Shown here: piece by piece, positions 11,492 through 23,100 of the stretch
Layout of the letters: the number at the start of each line of letters is the position of its first letter
Position numbering within the stretch: position 1 is the stretch's first letter
Origin: Botryllus schlosseri
Taxonomy: Eukaryota
DNA length: 64,000 nt
NCBI GenBank assembly: GCA_051294905.1
Contig: CM119373.1
Location: 34,038,001-34,102,000, forward strand
Reading direction: 5' to 3'
Position numbers and translations under genes: made by a program
The notes under the pieces: generated by a model
What the model saw: the letters and a program-made list of their open reading frames with translations, nothing else
Told to the model about the DNA's origin: nothing
Databases searched by the model: none

Positions 11492-12775
11492 TTACTTTGT
11501 CTTAAAATGGACCTGCATGTGGTTCCTCAAACAGGAACTTCTGACGAATAACTTGCCGCATATTTCACACCCATAATCTTTCACGTTCAAATGGCTCTTT
11601 ATATGTTGCCTCAGAGAATGTTTTTGAACGAACGCTTGACCACACGTTTGGCATTTGAAATCTTTTATATCCAGATGAATACGCATATGCCGATTCAATG
11701 AACATTTTTGGTTGAATGAAAGGTTGCATCTCTCACAGTTGAAATCTTTCACACCATAATGAATGAGCATGTGTCGCTGTAAGGATAGCTTTTGACTAAA
11801 ATATTTGCCACAGACTTCACACTCGAATCTCACACCGAAATGGATGAGAGTGTGTTTTTCCAAATACAGCAGCGTGGAGAACGATTTTCCACATGTCTCA
11901 CACGCATGTCTCTCATCTTTAGTACGTGAATGGATGAGCACATGGTTCGCAAAACCCTGCCTTCTTTTGAACGATTTGCCGCATATTTCACACGAAAAAT
12001 TATTCACATCCAAATGGATCGTCATATGTCTTCGCAAACCATCAGTCCTCCTATGTAATGAGCCACATATGTCACACTTTAACTCTATACCATCAGTGTG
12101 TGTCCTCGAATGATTTCTTAGAGACTGTTGATGCAGGAAAAGTTTACCGCATACTTGGCATTCAAAGCTTTTTACAGCAGAGTGGAAGGACATATGTGAT
12201 TTCAAAGCTGTCTTTGAGCTGAACAACATTGCGCAAATTTTGCACTCACTTTTTTTGATATCGGTTGCACCATGGATGATCCTATTATGGTTTCTCAAAT
12301 CTTTCTTTGTGAGGAATGATCTTTCACAAACTTCACATTTGAAATTTTTCGCATCAAAATGGCGCAGCACATGATTCTTCAAACCTTCCTTCTCTTTCAA
12401 AATTTTGCCGCAAATTTCGCATGTGAAATTTTCAGTACTGAAATGGAACTGTATATGCTTTTTGAGATCATCTCTTTGTTTGAAGGGCAAATCACAAGTT
12501 CGACAGGTCACAGTTTCCGCAGCAGAATGGAGCAGTAGGTGCTGACTCAAATTCCATATAGAGGACAATGATTTGAAACAAACTTCACATTTGAAAGGCT
12601 TTACACCAGCATGGGTCAGCAAGTGCTTATCTAAACTGGATTTGTGGGCTAAAGATTTAAAACAAAGTTCACATTGAAACTGCTTCACCTCACGAGTGTG
12701 AATCAGCAAGTGCTTTTCCAAATCACTTTTCGTGCTGTAGAATCGACCACAAACGTTACATTCGTGGTATGCCAT
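11492..12775 (-). CDS. 15-finger C2H2 zinc-finger protein, 427 aa, no effector domain (ZF2)
   Basis: 15 tandem CxxC-x12-Hx3/4H fingers filling the whole ORF; non-TGEKP linkers (AGVKP, FDAKN, YGVKD). Confidence 0.93.
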   Translation of the reverse strand: MAYHECNVCGRFYSTKSDLEKHLLIHTREVKQFQCELCFKSLAHKSSLDKHLLTHAGVKPFKCEVCFKSLSSIWNLSQHLLLHSAAETVTCRTCDLPFKQRDDLKKHIQFHFSTENFTCEICGKILKEKEGLKNHVLRHFDAKNFKCEVCERSFLTKKDLRNHNRIIHGATDIKKSECKICAMLFSSKTALKSHMSFHSAVKSFECQVCGKLFLHQQSLRNHSRTHTDGIELKCDICGSLHRRTDGLRRHMTIHLDVNNFSCEICGKSFKRRQGFANHVLIHSRTKDERHACETCGKSFSTLLYLEKHTLIHFGVRFECEVCGKYFSQKLSLQRHMLIHYGVKDFNCERCNLSFNQKCSLNRHMRIHLDIKDFKCQTCGQAFVQKHSLRQHIKSHLNVKDYGCEICGKLFVRSSCLRNHMQVHFKTK

Positions 12776-13869
12776 GGCGGAATGAATAAACAGTGTTCCT
12801 TGTGATCAGTTTCTTAAGGAATAACTTGCCGAAAATTTGAGAAAGCGTCTCTAACTGTGCTACGTGATGGATTAGCAGCGTGTCTTGTACCGAAAACTAC
12901 CGGCAATCGTCCCAATTCGTAAGTCTGTCAGGGATTCAGAACTCCTTGTACATATGGACAACTATGGAAACAGAGCTGCAGGAGAGATATGCCAATCTAT
13001 TAATTAATATGCCTAAATCTGAATATCGTGAGCAAACCAATTATTAAAATTGTAGAAATATAGTTTGTACAAACCGACTGCAGCAGTGATCAAATGATAT
13101 TTATATTTAGGGCTGACATATCACAATAATATTCCAATTACAATTACAATTGACTGCAGAAAGTGTATTGTTCCCGTTACATTTTACAAACTCATCAAAG
13201 AATGGTTGAAACACATTAAAGGGTGCCCAGAAGTTGACAAAAGTCGAGATTTTCTGTGTGGACACATATTGAACGGTTTTAGATGATATGATCTAAAGAC
13301 CTCTATTTTTTTTAAACATCCGTGGTGTAAAATGAGTGCATTGAAAACAAGGAGTATCGTCATATTATCTCTCTTATTGTGAAATAAGGTTCAATAAGTG
13401 TAAGATAAATGTAGTCACGATATCGAGCAACATGACATAAAACAAACAAAAATGTGTTGTCTACATAGTATCTCCATTCATTACGATCAATATGTGATGA
13501 GAAAATAAAGTCGACAAAACACAATCTCTTGATACGCAATCAAATTTTAGAAAGATATGGCCAATATTTTACATTGTCCAATCATATACAAGATTACCCT
13601 ACATGTCGCAACAATAATGCAAAGCACTATACAGGCATTGGTTATAATTTCCAAGTGCAGGGAACTATTAACGTGATATGGAATACAGTGGGTAGAGTCA
13701 AGAAGTGAAGGTTAGTAATAGTGGTCCAGATCACTATAATTCTGAATTGAAAACAATGGGCCAATCTCGTAATCGAAGCATGTATTTTACTAGCAGTGTC
13801 GTAGGCAGGCGGGATGTTTCGTGTGTCGGTTAAATCCTATCCAGGATTGAATGCCCCTCCTTTCTAAAG

Positions 13870-14140
13870 CCATGGTATCCTGATGATGGTAGCAGGAAAG
13901 TTACTATTCATGCAACAATTTCATCAAAGTTTTGGATGACGTCTTGCCGGAATACCCTGACCCTGGTGCCAAAGCATTGGAAACGTTGCTGCCTTCTGCA
14001 TATTCATACTTGTGCGAGTCTGAATTCATGATAAAAAAAAATTTGACGCGGATGATGATTCATCGCGGCCATTATAAAGTTTTGCAATAGACAGGTGGAA
14101 ATGTCCTGTCGCAGCAAATCAAGCCCAGTGATCACATTCA
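13870..14140 (+). mobile_element. Charlie-like hAT transposase C-terminal remnant
   Basis: From 13950 reads EYPDPGAKALETLLPSAYSYLCESEF, resembling the Charlie/ZBED consensus ...LLPFATTYLCESGFS; frameshifted. Confidence 0.65.
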
Positions 14141-14582
14141 ATAACAAAAGTGTATGAGATGGAATAAATTATCAATTTTGAAACCGATATGCTGAGTAAA
14201 AGAGGAAAATTGCTAATGACAATCAGTTTGGTAAAAAGTCATTCATGTACTTACATTTCTTAATGATTGTGCACACATAACTTCCAAATGCTTTTCTCCA
14301 TTTCGGAAAACAAAAGGTGGTAGCATGCATAAGATGATTTTATAATGCTGAACACTTGTTTAGAAGACGTAGTCATTAGATCGCTTTCAAATGTAGTATA
14401 GAAATTGAACTGACATGACATGAGAAGCTCAAATTACAATATTTGAAGTTGTCGAGAGGGTGAGGGGGGTGACGAATCATACCCGGTCTATATAATATTT
14501 TAGTTTCTAGTTTCAATTCAATTGACAAGTCTTGAAAAACACAACTTCTTGTACAGAAATAATACTATGAAGACCTCATGCA

Positions 14583-15838
14583 TCATCGCAAAATAATTCC
14601 TGCTGAATAGAGTTCATGATCCAGAGACTTCAGGTCTTGCCAATCGAAATCTATCAATGTATTCAACAAAATAAACTTCGGGTCGAATTCGAGGATACTC
14701 GTGCATGGACTGTTAGAAAAGAATCCACCGCATCTGTATACCTTTCCGTCAACACAATGAGTCCTAAAATATGACCGTTGCAAATTGGGTACGTCCATAC
14801 GCACGCGTCATCAGGCAACAAATGAATGTTGCTTGCATACTGCAAATTACCACCAAGTCCACCAAGAACGTAGAGGCTCTTGTTCCAGGTGCATGCGACT
14901 GCACCAGTTATGTTATCTAGTAATGATGGTCCAATTTACCAAGTGAATTTTGAAAAGTTGACACGTTCCACATCTTGTAGATAGTTGTTTAGTCCATTAG
15001 AGCCTCCACACAGAGCGTATCCTAAGAAATAGTAAAGGTGGACGAATAGTAAATGACTTCTAGATTGTTTGTTGGGAAGCTTCGACCAATGGTTGTTATT
15101 TATGTCATATTGAGCCAAACAGCTTTTCCGAAAATCATTTGCTACATATCATTTACCTGATGTACAGGCAACTACAAGAGTGTAATTTGGAAACGAACTT
15201 TCAAGTTTCCCCAGGGTGAATCATTTTCAATAATATTATGACGGTACAAATCATATTTGTAATCAATAACATACATGCAGCATTCCATTACAACTACTGA
15301 GCCTGGTATTCTGTTATTATCTATATACTTGAAGTGACGTATCTAAGTGACTGACTTTCTGGCTATGTAAAACCGCATGAGACGAAAAAGATCTGCATTC
15401 ACCATCAAAATACCAGGGGTGCAGTCACCTTTACAATCACTGACCTCTACCTCTGATTTCTCAGGAAGTGGCTTCACGACTTACATCATGCATTCAATGG
15501 ATTTGACAGCACCTGATAGTAATTTACGATTGTAGACGGGAATGTTTTCCTGGTCGATGTGCTTCAGTAAATCAAAAAGTTTATCAACGCGATCCAAGTC
15601 ATCACACATTACGGATCTGTTTGCTTCATGTCAACCATTCCTTGTCTGTTCTCTTCCGTGTCGCGATTGAACATCGCCGCAAAATATTAGGAACTTTCGG
15701 CGATGACACACTCGTGAACACACTCGTGAACACTTTCATAATGAAGTTGCAATACCGTTGATCGATTCTGAACTCGTCAAATGTCGATAGAATGCCAGGG
15801 TCGTGAATTGTCTTTCCAATATTCAGAAGATCATTTAT
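14583..15838 (-). pseudogene. BTB-BACK-Kelch pseudogene with internal deletion
   Basis: Start codon lost (ATA at 15836-15838; INDLLNIGK), jump from BTB (VDMKQTDP) into late BACK at ~15610, 12-bp tandem duplication at ~15709-15732, stops and frameshifts; C-terminus ELYSAGIILR. Confidence 0.88.
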
Positions 15839-17185
15839 CGTGGTTGACTAGTTATGAGTGAACCCAAAATATATAGCTCATTAAAAAACTATAAGTTAGG
15901 ACACCAATATCTCATCCTGTAAAATCATACACATGGTCAGTACAGTCGTGTGCGAGAATGAGTCTGGTCATGAAAACATATGAACATTGACAAGTATTGA
16001 AATGGAAAATAGGTTTGATAGTACATTTACACAACAATTTCATCATCTTCCTGACAAATGAAAATAAGAGAAAATATACCCATATATGTCAGCCAAGAGC
16101 AATATTTCAAGGTTCTACAAATTTGAACGTAAGTGATCGGTTACATCGGGTCACTGAAGATATTGTTAGTCGCATGAATGGAAGCTTTCAGAGCAATGCC
16201 CATGTTGGGTTTTGATGAAGTCTAAGAAATATGCCTTGTTCTGTGGTAATAAAATGCACGAATGCGCAGTTGATCCGAAATACAGAAAGTTTGCATAAAA
16301 TTGGGTTAGCACCGAGGGGAAGGGCTGGGCACAATGATACGAGTACTAAAATCTGAATTGAAAATGAATTCTAATGATTCGAGTCGAGTAGTGATACACA
16401 GTTAGTTTATGTGTCACTGAAATTATGTGTTCCTGGCCACTACGAGTAATTTATTATTGGGAATTATGGTTTTAATAGTGGATATGAGATATCTGTGAAG
16501 CCATGATCTTGATCAACCCACACCATTGTAAAAACGTGCCATAAAACAGGTATGGTAGACAAAAAACGTATAATCTTTATTATGATGTAGAACTGGAAAT
16601 GTATTTTTGCGGTCGCAAACAAAGTACATGTTTGAACTTTTCACATCATTCATATTGCTGTTACATCATTATCAGTGATACTTGAATACTCGACTAGACG
16701 CCAACTACTCGATTTAGGATTAAATCATTCAAGTAGCCTACTGAATTTCGTCCTACTGACAAGGCATGTGACGGTGCGAGGAATGCAAAAACGCTACATC
16801 GCAATCAAATCTGAACCTCAAATGCAGTGCTTCGGACCATCATTGCAGTGGCGACCGAAAATAATATTGAAAACCTTTCCGACATTTAATTTCAGCTTTT
16901 TGTCTCTTTGTTCACACACAGAAACACTTTCATTGGCTTACAATATCATTTGACGGCAACACTACAAAATCAAGGGAAATGCAGAAGGAAGGGAAGAGAA
17001 CTTCAAATCAGATGGGCTCACAGATAGTGAGAAAGAGTCATGCACACAGTTTTACAAAACCAAAGGTAACGGACAGAAAACTGAAGGCAAGAGCCATGCT
17101 TTCTCAAAGGATGTATACAAAATAAGGGGCAAGCAACATACAAAATCACGAATTTCAAAATTCGATTCATCACCGTTTTGTGGCG

Positions 17186-18826
17186 TCACAAGATAATTGC
17201 AGCTGCATAGACTTCATGATTAAGAGATTCCAAGCCATGGCTATCCAAGTCTATCAAAGTCGTCAACAAATTAGTCTTGGGATTGAACTCGAGAATACTG
17301 TTGCACGGCAAACTTTCATCATCGGATCCACCACATATGTATATCTTTCTGCCAATACAATAAGTACTTAGATTAGACCGCTTCAATTCGGGTTTTTGTA
17401 CTGGAATTATCGTCCATATACTTTCATCACTGGGTAGCAGAAGAATGTCGTTGACATACTCATAGTTCACAGTTATTCCACCAAGAAGGTAGATGGCCTT
17501 GTTATATGAACATGCACTTGCATTAGCTCTCTCAACTGGTAATGATGGTCCTACTGACCAGGTAGACGTTGAAAAGTTGAAATATTCCACATCCAGCACG
17601 AAGTTTCCCAGAAATGAATCAAAACCACCAATTGCATGAAGTTTATCCTGAGATATAGTGTAGGCAGACGAATTCACAATGGATCGCTTGTTGGGAAGCT
17701 TCGACCACTTGTTATTGATTGTGTCATATTGGGCCAAAGACTCCCGATATGAAAAAAATATTACACCTGATTTACGTGCAACTACACTATCGTATCCTGG
17801 AAATGCACATTCAAGTTTTCTCCAGGGTGAATCATTTTCAAGAAAATTACGACAGTACAAATCCCACTTGTCATCAATGACATATATGTAGCAGTCCATC
17901 ACAACTACCGCGCCAAATCGTCTCATACTATAGTTAGTATTGAAATGCCGATGCCCTGTCAAAGACTTTCTGTCTATGTCAAACCACATAACACGAGAAA
18001 CTTCCTCATTCACTATTATAATATTCGGAGTACAGTCACCTTTGTAATCACTGGCTTCTACATCCGACTTCTCCGGTAGTGACTTCATAATATACATCAT
18101 GCATTCGGTGGATTTGGCAACAGTTGGTTGCCGAGATAAAAATTTACGGTAGTGGACGGGGATTTTTTCCAGGTCGATATACTTCAGTAAATCAAAAAGT
18201 TGATCGGCGCGATCCAGATCCTCATTGACCCAAATCATTGACGCTTTGCACTTAATAACATCCAACACATGCAAGTCTTCAGAGGATATCAAATACTCAA
18301 GGAAATCGAACTCAAGTTCCTTGAAATCGGCAGTTTTCATGATCAAATGAAAGTGACCACGAGCAAAACTTCTGCATGCTTGCTGTAATTGTTGACAGGA
18401 ATATTTATTAGCAATATTTCTGGTGTCGAAAAACGAGTCCACTTCAAGATTTTCATCTAGGAAAAGTGACATTGCATCGCATACTTTATTAATTTCAAAC
18501 AAGTGCGCCGCATATATTAGTTTTTTCATTTTTCTGATCATGAATGAAGCTTGTCCCTGGTACATGATTTCAATACAGGTCATCACACATTCAGGATCTA
18601 CATGCTTTAAATCAACCATTCCTACCATGTTCTCTTTTGTGTCGCGATTGAGCATCTTGGAAAAATACTCAGAACTTGCGGCAATGACACACTTGTGAAC
18701 GTAGATCTTCTTTTCTCCCACTTTGATAATGAAGTCGCAATACTGTTGATTGATTCTGAACTCGTCAAATTTTGATAAAAGGTCGATGGCATGACACGAC
18801 TTGCCAATATTCAGAAGATGTTCCAT
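17186..18826 (-). CDS. BTB-BACK-Kelch protein, 546 aa from MEHLLNIG (Kelch2; ORF open to 18856)
   Basis: Full-length uninterrupted paralogue of Kelch1 with the same domain motifs. Confidence 0.93.
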   Translation of the reverse strand: MEHLLNIGKSCHAIDLLSKFDEFRINQQYCDFIIKVGEKKIYVHKCVIAASSEYFSKMLNRDTKENMVGMVDLKHVDPECVMTCIEIMYQGQASFMIRKMKKLIYAAHLFEINKVCDAMSLFLDENLEVDSFFDTRNIANKYSCQQLQQACRSFARGHFHLIMKTADFKELEFDFLEYLISSEDLHVLDVIKCKASMIWVNEDLDRADQLFDLLKYIDLEKIPVHYRKFLSRQPTVAKSTECMMYIMKSLPEKSDVEASDYKGDCTPNIIIVNEEVSRVMWFDIDRKSLTGHRHFNTNYSMRRFGAVVVMDCYIYVIDDKWDLYCRNFLENDSPWRKLECAFPGYDSVVARKSGVIFFSYRESLAQYDTINNKWSKLPNKRSIVNSSAYTISQDKLHAIGGFDSFLGNFVLDVEYFNFSTSTWSVGPSLPVERANASACSYNKAIYLLGGITVNYEYVNDILLLPSDESIWTIIPVQKPELKRSNLSTYCIGRKIYICGGSDDESLPCNSILEFNPKTNLLTTLIDLDSHGLESLNHEVYAAAIIL

Positions 18827-20124
18827 CGCAGTTGATAGTAAAAATATATAGTTCACTTAAAAACATGAGAATAATATCTGAAATTGTAACATCATACACA
18901 TGGTGAGTAGATTGTCGTACGATGTTTATGCAACGATATCATTACATTCCTAACATAAGGATAGAGAAGAAAATGTAATCCCTAATGGCAGCGAGGAGTG
19001 ATATCCTTGGGCTTAGGTGACAGAAGTTGGAATAAGATACACAAATTGAATGTTACAGATATAAGCACATTTTGGGTGTCAACAAAGGACAAGAAAAAAA
19101 TCCCTTCTCATGTCTACGAGAGCAATAAAACACGGAGAAGTACAGTGGATACAAAAAGATGGCATAAAAGTGGGCTAGCCTGTAAAAGGCATATGACGCT
19201 ACGGGAAAATTATAAACATTACATTAAAATCACAATCTTCAACTTCAAATGGCGACTAACAATTATTCAGATTTCAAGGTGGTGCAAATGAATTGTCAGT
19301 TGAGGGATTTATGGGGGAAGCCATTGTAACCACTGAGCTTCTATGGCTAAAGAAGAAAATTTTGATAACCAGTCAGATATTTACTTTGAGTTGCTGTGTT
19401 TACTTGAAACGTCACACAAGCTAGGCTAACAAATAGGTGATATAACGCATGGATATAAGGCAGTCATGCACACTAAACCACTGATAATCGGCAGAAAACT
19501 AAAAGCAAGAGCCATGCTTTCTTGCCAGATATCGCCTATGCGAAATCAAAATCAAGCAATATACAATATCACTCATTTGAAAAACCCGGATTTGAATAAA
19601 ATAGTATTTACGGTGGACACCATTACAATAAATAATTAAAGAATTGGCCACCATAAATACTATTTTCTTATTAATCCAAATATTTCGACCGCAGTAACTC
19701 TGCTTCCACTGGTTAGAATTGAACCAAATTTGGTGAACATCGTTTCTATAGACAACCTAACACTTTCATGGGGCGAACAAAACATTTTCAATTTATTTTT
19801 TATTTATTTTTATGTAATGGATGGAAACTTTCCTCTCCTGTACCGGTGCGGCTACTGGCTTGAATTGAACAAAATTTGGTACTGTAACCTAACAATTTTA
19901 TCAAGTAGCCAGTACGATTTGAAAAAAAAAGTCATATTTGAACACCCCTAGTGAACATGCTTAACAGTGGGCATTGGGTTATCGATTCCCAGACCATAAA
20001 TCTCAATCTGAAAGCTTTAATAGCAGTACATGCCAGTGAAGGAATAACAATTGCTGATCCTCAGTACACAATTCAAATTCATGTTTGGCCGGGTAAGCCG
20101 TCATTTTAAATTTCATATTTTCAA

Positions 20125-23100
20125 TTATTTTGTATCAAAATGGATGTGCATGTGGTTTTCCAAAGTAGTTTTACGGTTGAACGACATCCTGCATATTTCA
20201 CACTCAAAATCTTTCACCCCAAGATGTATCTTCATGTGTTGTTTCAAAGAATTCTTTTGGACGAAAGAATGACCACATGTTTCGCACTTGAAATTTTTAA
20301 TATTCAAATGGATCAGCATATGTCGATTCAACGAACACTTTTGGTTGAACGATTTGCCACATCTATCACACTTGAAATCTTTCGTACCGTAATGGATGAT
20401 CGAGTGGCGTTCCAAAGGTGCTTTGTGAGCGAATGATTTTCCGCATATTGTACACAGAAAATTTTTCGCACATACATGGACAGTACGAGTGTGTAGTTCC
20501 AAAGATTCCATTGTGCTGTACAATTTGCCGCAAATCATGCACTCGTAATCACAGAAATGAATGAGCATGTGTTTTTTTAAAATCTCGTCTCGTTTGAATG
20601 ATTTTCCACATACTTCACAAGTGACTTTTTTGACTTTTTTAACATTGAGATGGAGTAGTATATGATGGTTTAAGGCATCAAGTCGGTGAAATGATAAGTT
20701 GCATATCTTGCAGTGGAATTTTTTTACATCTGTGTGTGTCCTCCTATGCAGTCTTAAATTGCGTGGATTGCAGAAAGTCTTTCCACAGACATCACACTTG
20801 AATCGTTCTATGGCCAAGTGGATTCGCATATGTGCCCTCAATGTTGCTTTCGTGCAGAAGGGTTTTGCACATATTTCACACTCACGATTTCTCCCACAAA
20901 TATGGCTGGTCATATGTACTTTTAGTAGTTTCTTCGTCTGGAATGATTTTCCACAAATTTCACATTGTACATTTTTCACGCTAAAATGACTCATAATGTG
21001 GCATCTCAGGCTTCTCTTTGTCGTCAATACTTTGCCGCAAAGTTCGCACGTGTAATTTTTAGTACCGGAATGGAACAGCATGTGTTTTCCGAAATCACCA
21101 CTCTGACTGAAGGACAATCCGCAAGTTTTACAGATGTAAGCGGTTACGTCGGAATGGATTAGCAGATGTTCTGTCAAATCACTGTTTTCGGAAAAGGATT
21201 CGCCACAAACTCCGCATTTGGGGTATCTCACAGTTGCATGAGTCAGTAGATGTTCTTCCAAAGAATATTTTCCGTGGAACATGATATATCTCAACTTTCG
21301 TTTGCAGTAATATGTTCAATTCCGCAACAATGGCTCATTATAATTGAACACTAGTCGACCGTGACTGATGTCGCGCTCCGCTCGTAGTCGCCAGGCTTCA
21401 CGCTTACGCGGGAGCTTAACGTTGTTTGCTGCATTTCTTTATCCTTTCAGATCGTAGTGTGATTGGGGTTATTACCTATTAGCTTGCAATAAAACTGTAG
21501 TCACACTCATACTGTGTATTGCGTGGGATTTATTAATGGCGACGAGGACAAATCGGATATACTATCGCAACGCAACGTAACCCCAATGTCGGAACAAGAA
21601 TCCAAAGCTTCAATCGATCGATTCGATCCAGAACATCATCGCAGTAATGTTCATGACGCATTCTGTGAGTTCGTACGCACGTTTCAATATGAATACGCTG
21701 CAATGGCCAAAGAACCTCCTGCCGCAGAGCAGGACAAAGAGGTCTGGATCGAAGGCCATAAAACAAAAATATTCTTGGGTCGGTTTTCTTCACGAAATTT
21801 TCAGAGAGATTTTGAAGATACCGTACCAGAAAACGACCGTAGCACACTTAAATTCAAAGATCTGGTGAAATGTATGAAGTCCCGGTATGAGCCAACCCGG
21901 AACTATACTCTTGCGAATTACAAGTTTCACCGTCTGTCTCAGGCAATGGATGAGAGCTTCGACGGATTCGTCCACCGCTTGAGGCGTGAAGCGAAGGCAT
22001 GCAAATTTGTATGTGAAAATGCAAACTGCAATGTCTCCGACATTATGATCAGGGATCAAATAATAGTCGGCATCAAATCAGATGACATACGGACAAATGC
22101 GCTCAAGAACCAATGGGATCTGAAGGCCTTGGTAGAGAACGGCCGTAAGATAGAAGCGGCTTCACACTCCGCCCAGTTGATCAAGAATGAAACTGAGGCT
22201 GCAGGAGCGTCTGACATTTGTCGTGTGAAACCCAAACAACGCTATCACAAGCATAGGGGTTCAGGTGCAGATGCACAACACAAGGGTCGTTGCAAAACAT
22301 GCTCCTCTAACATCTGTGAAGGAGGAAAATCGTGTGTAGCAAGAAACATGACATGTCATAAGTGTGGTAAAGAAGGCCACTTCCGAGGATCAACAGCATG
22401 CAAGAAAAACAAACGCGCGAAGGCAAACCGCGTAGAATCCGAAAGTGACGTCAGCAGTTCATCAGATGACGACGCTGATTCAGTAAGCGATGCCAGCTCT
22501 GATGCGTCGCGAAAGAAAATGCAGAGCAGGAAAAAGAAAGGAATCAAGAGAGTCAACCAATCGCAGCCTTTCCGCAAGGTGCGTAAGGTATCAAAACCAA
22601 GATACCGGGTGAAGGTTGCAATGGCAGGAAAACCTGTAAAAGCCTATGCGGACACGGGTGCCGATTTGAATGTGATGTCGGCAAAGAGGGCAGCAAAGCT
22701 TAAACTACGTCTCCGATCCACGAAAACGTACATAAAGCCTTATGGGTCGAAGCCAATCCAATGCTGTGGACGCTATGAAGGTTTTGTAACTTTCAAAAGT
22801 TCTGTGGTGAGTGCTCGCTTCTATATCGTCCCTGGTAAAGTAGAGACTCTACTTAGTGGGCGACTGTGTGAAAAGCTCGGCATCATCAAATTCGATGGCG
22901 ACATGGAGACAGAAATGTCTCGCAAAGTGAACAGGGTTGCGAAAGGGGACAAGCTAAAAGCAGATGTGATGAGGGCATATCCATCTGTGTTCACAGGCAT
23001 AGGAACATTGAAGGATCATGAGGTTTCGTTCTATATCGATCCGGAGGTTCCACCAGTGGCCCAAGCCATACGTCCAATCCCTTTTCATCTGCAGGACAAG

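Noticed and set aside
21537-21548. tRNA gene
   Set aside because: Only a 12-nt complement of a tRNA 3' end (PBS); I saw no tRNA, rRNA or snRNA gene anywhere in the window.
21514-21585. ORF-track start of gag-pol
   Set aside because: GTG inside the LTR, upstream of the PBS; first in-frame ATG is 21586.
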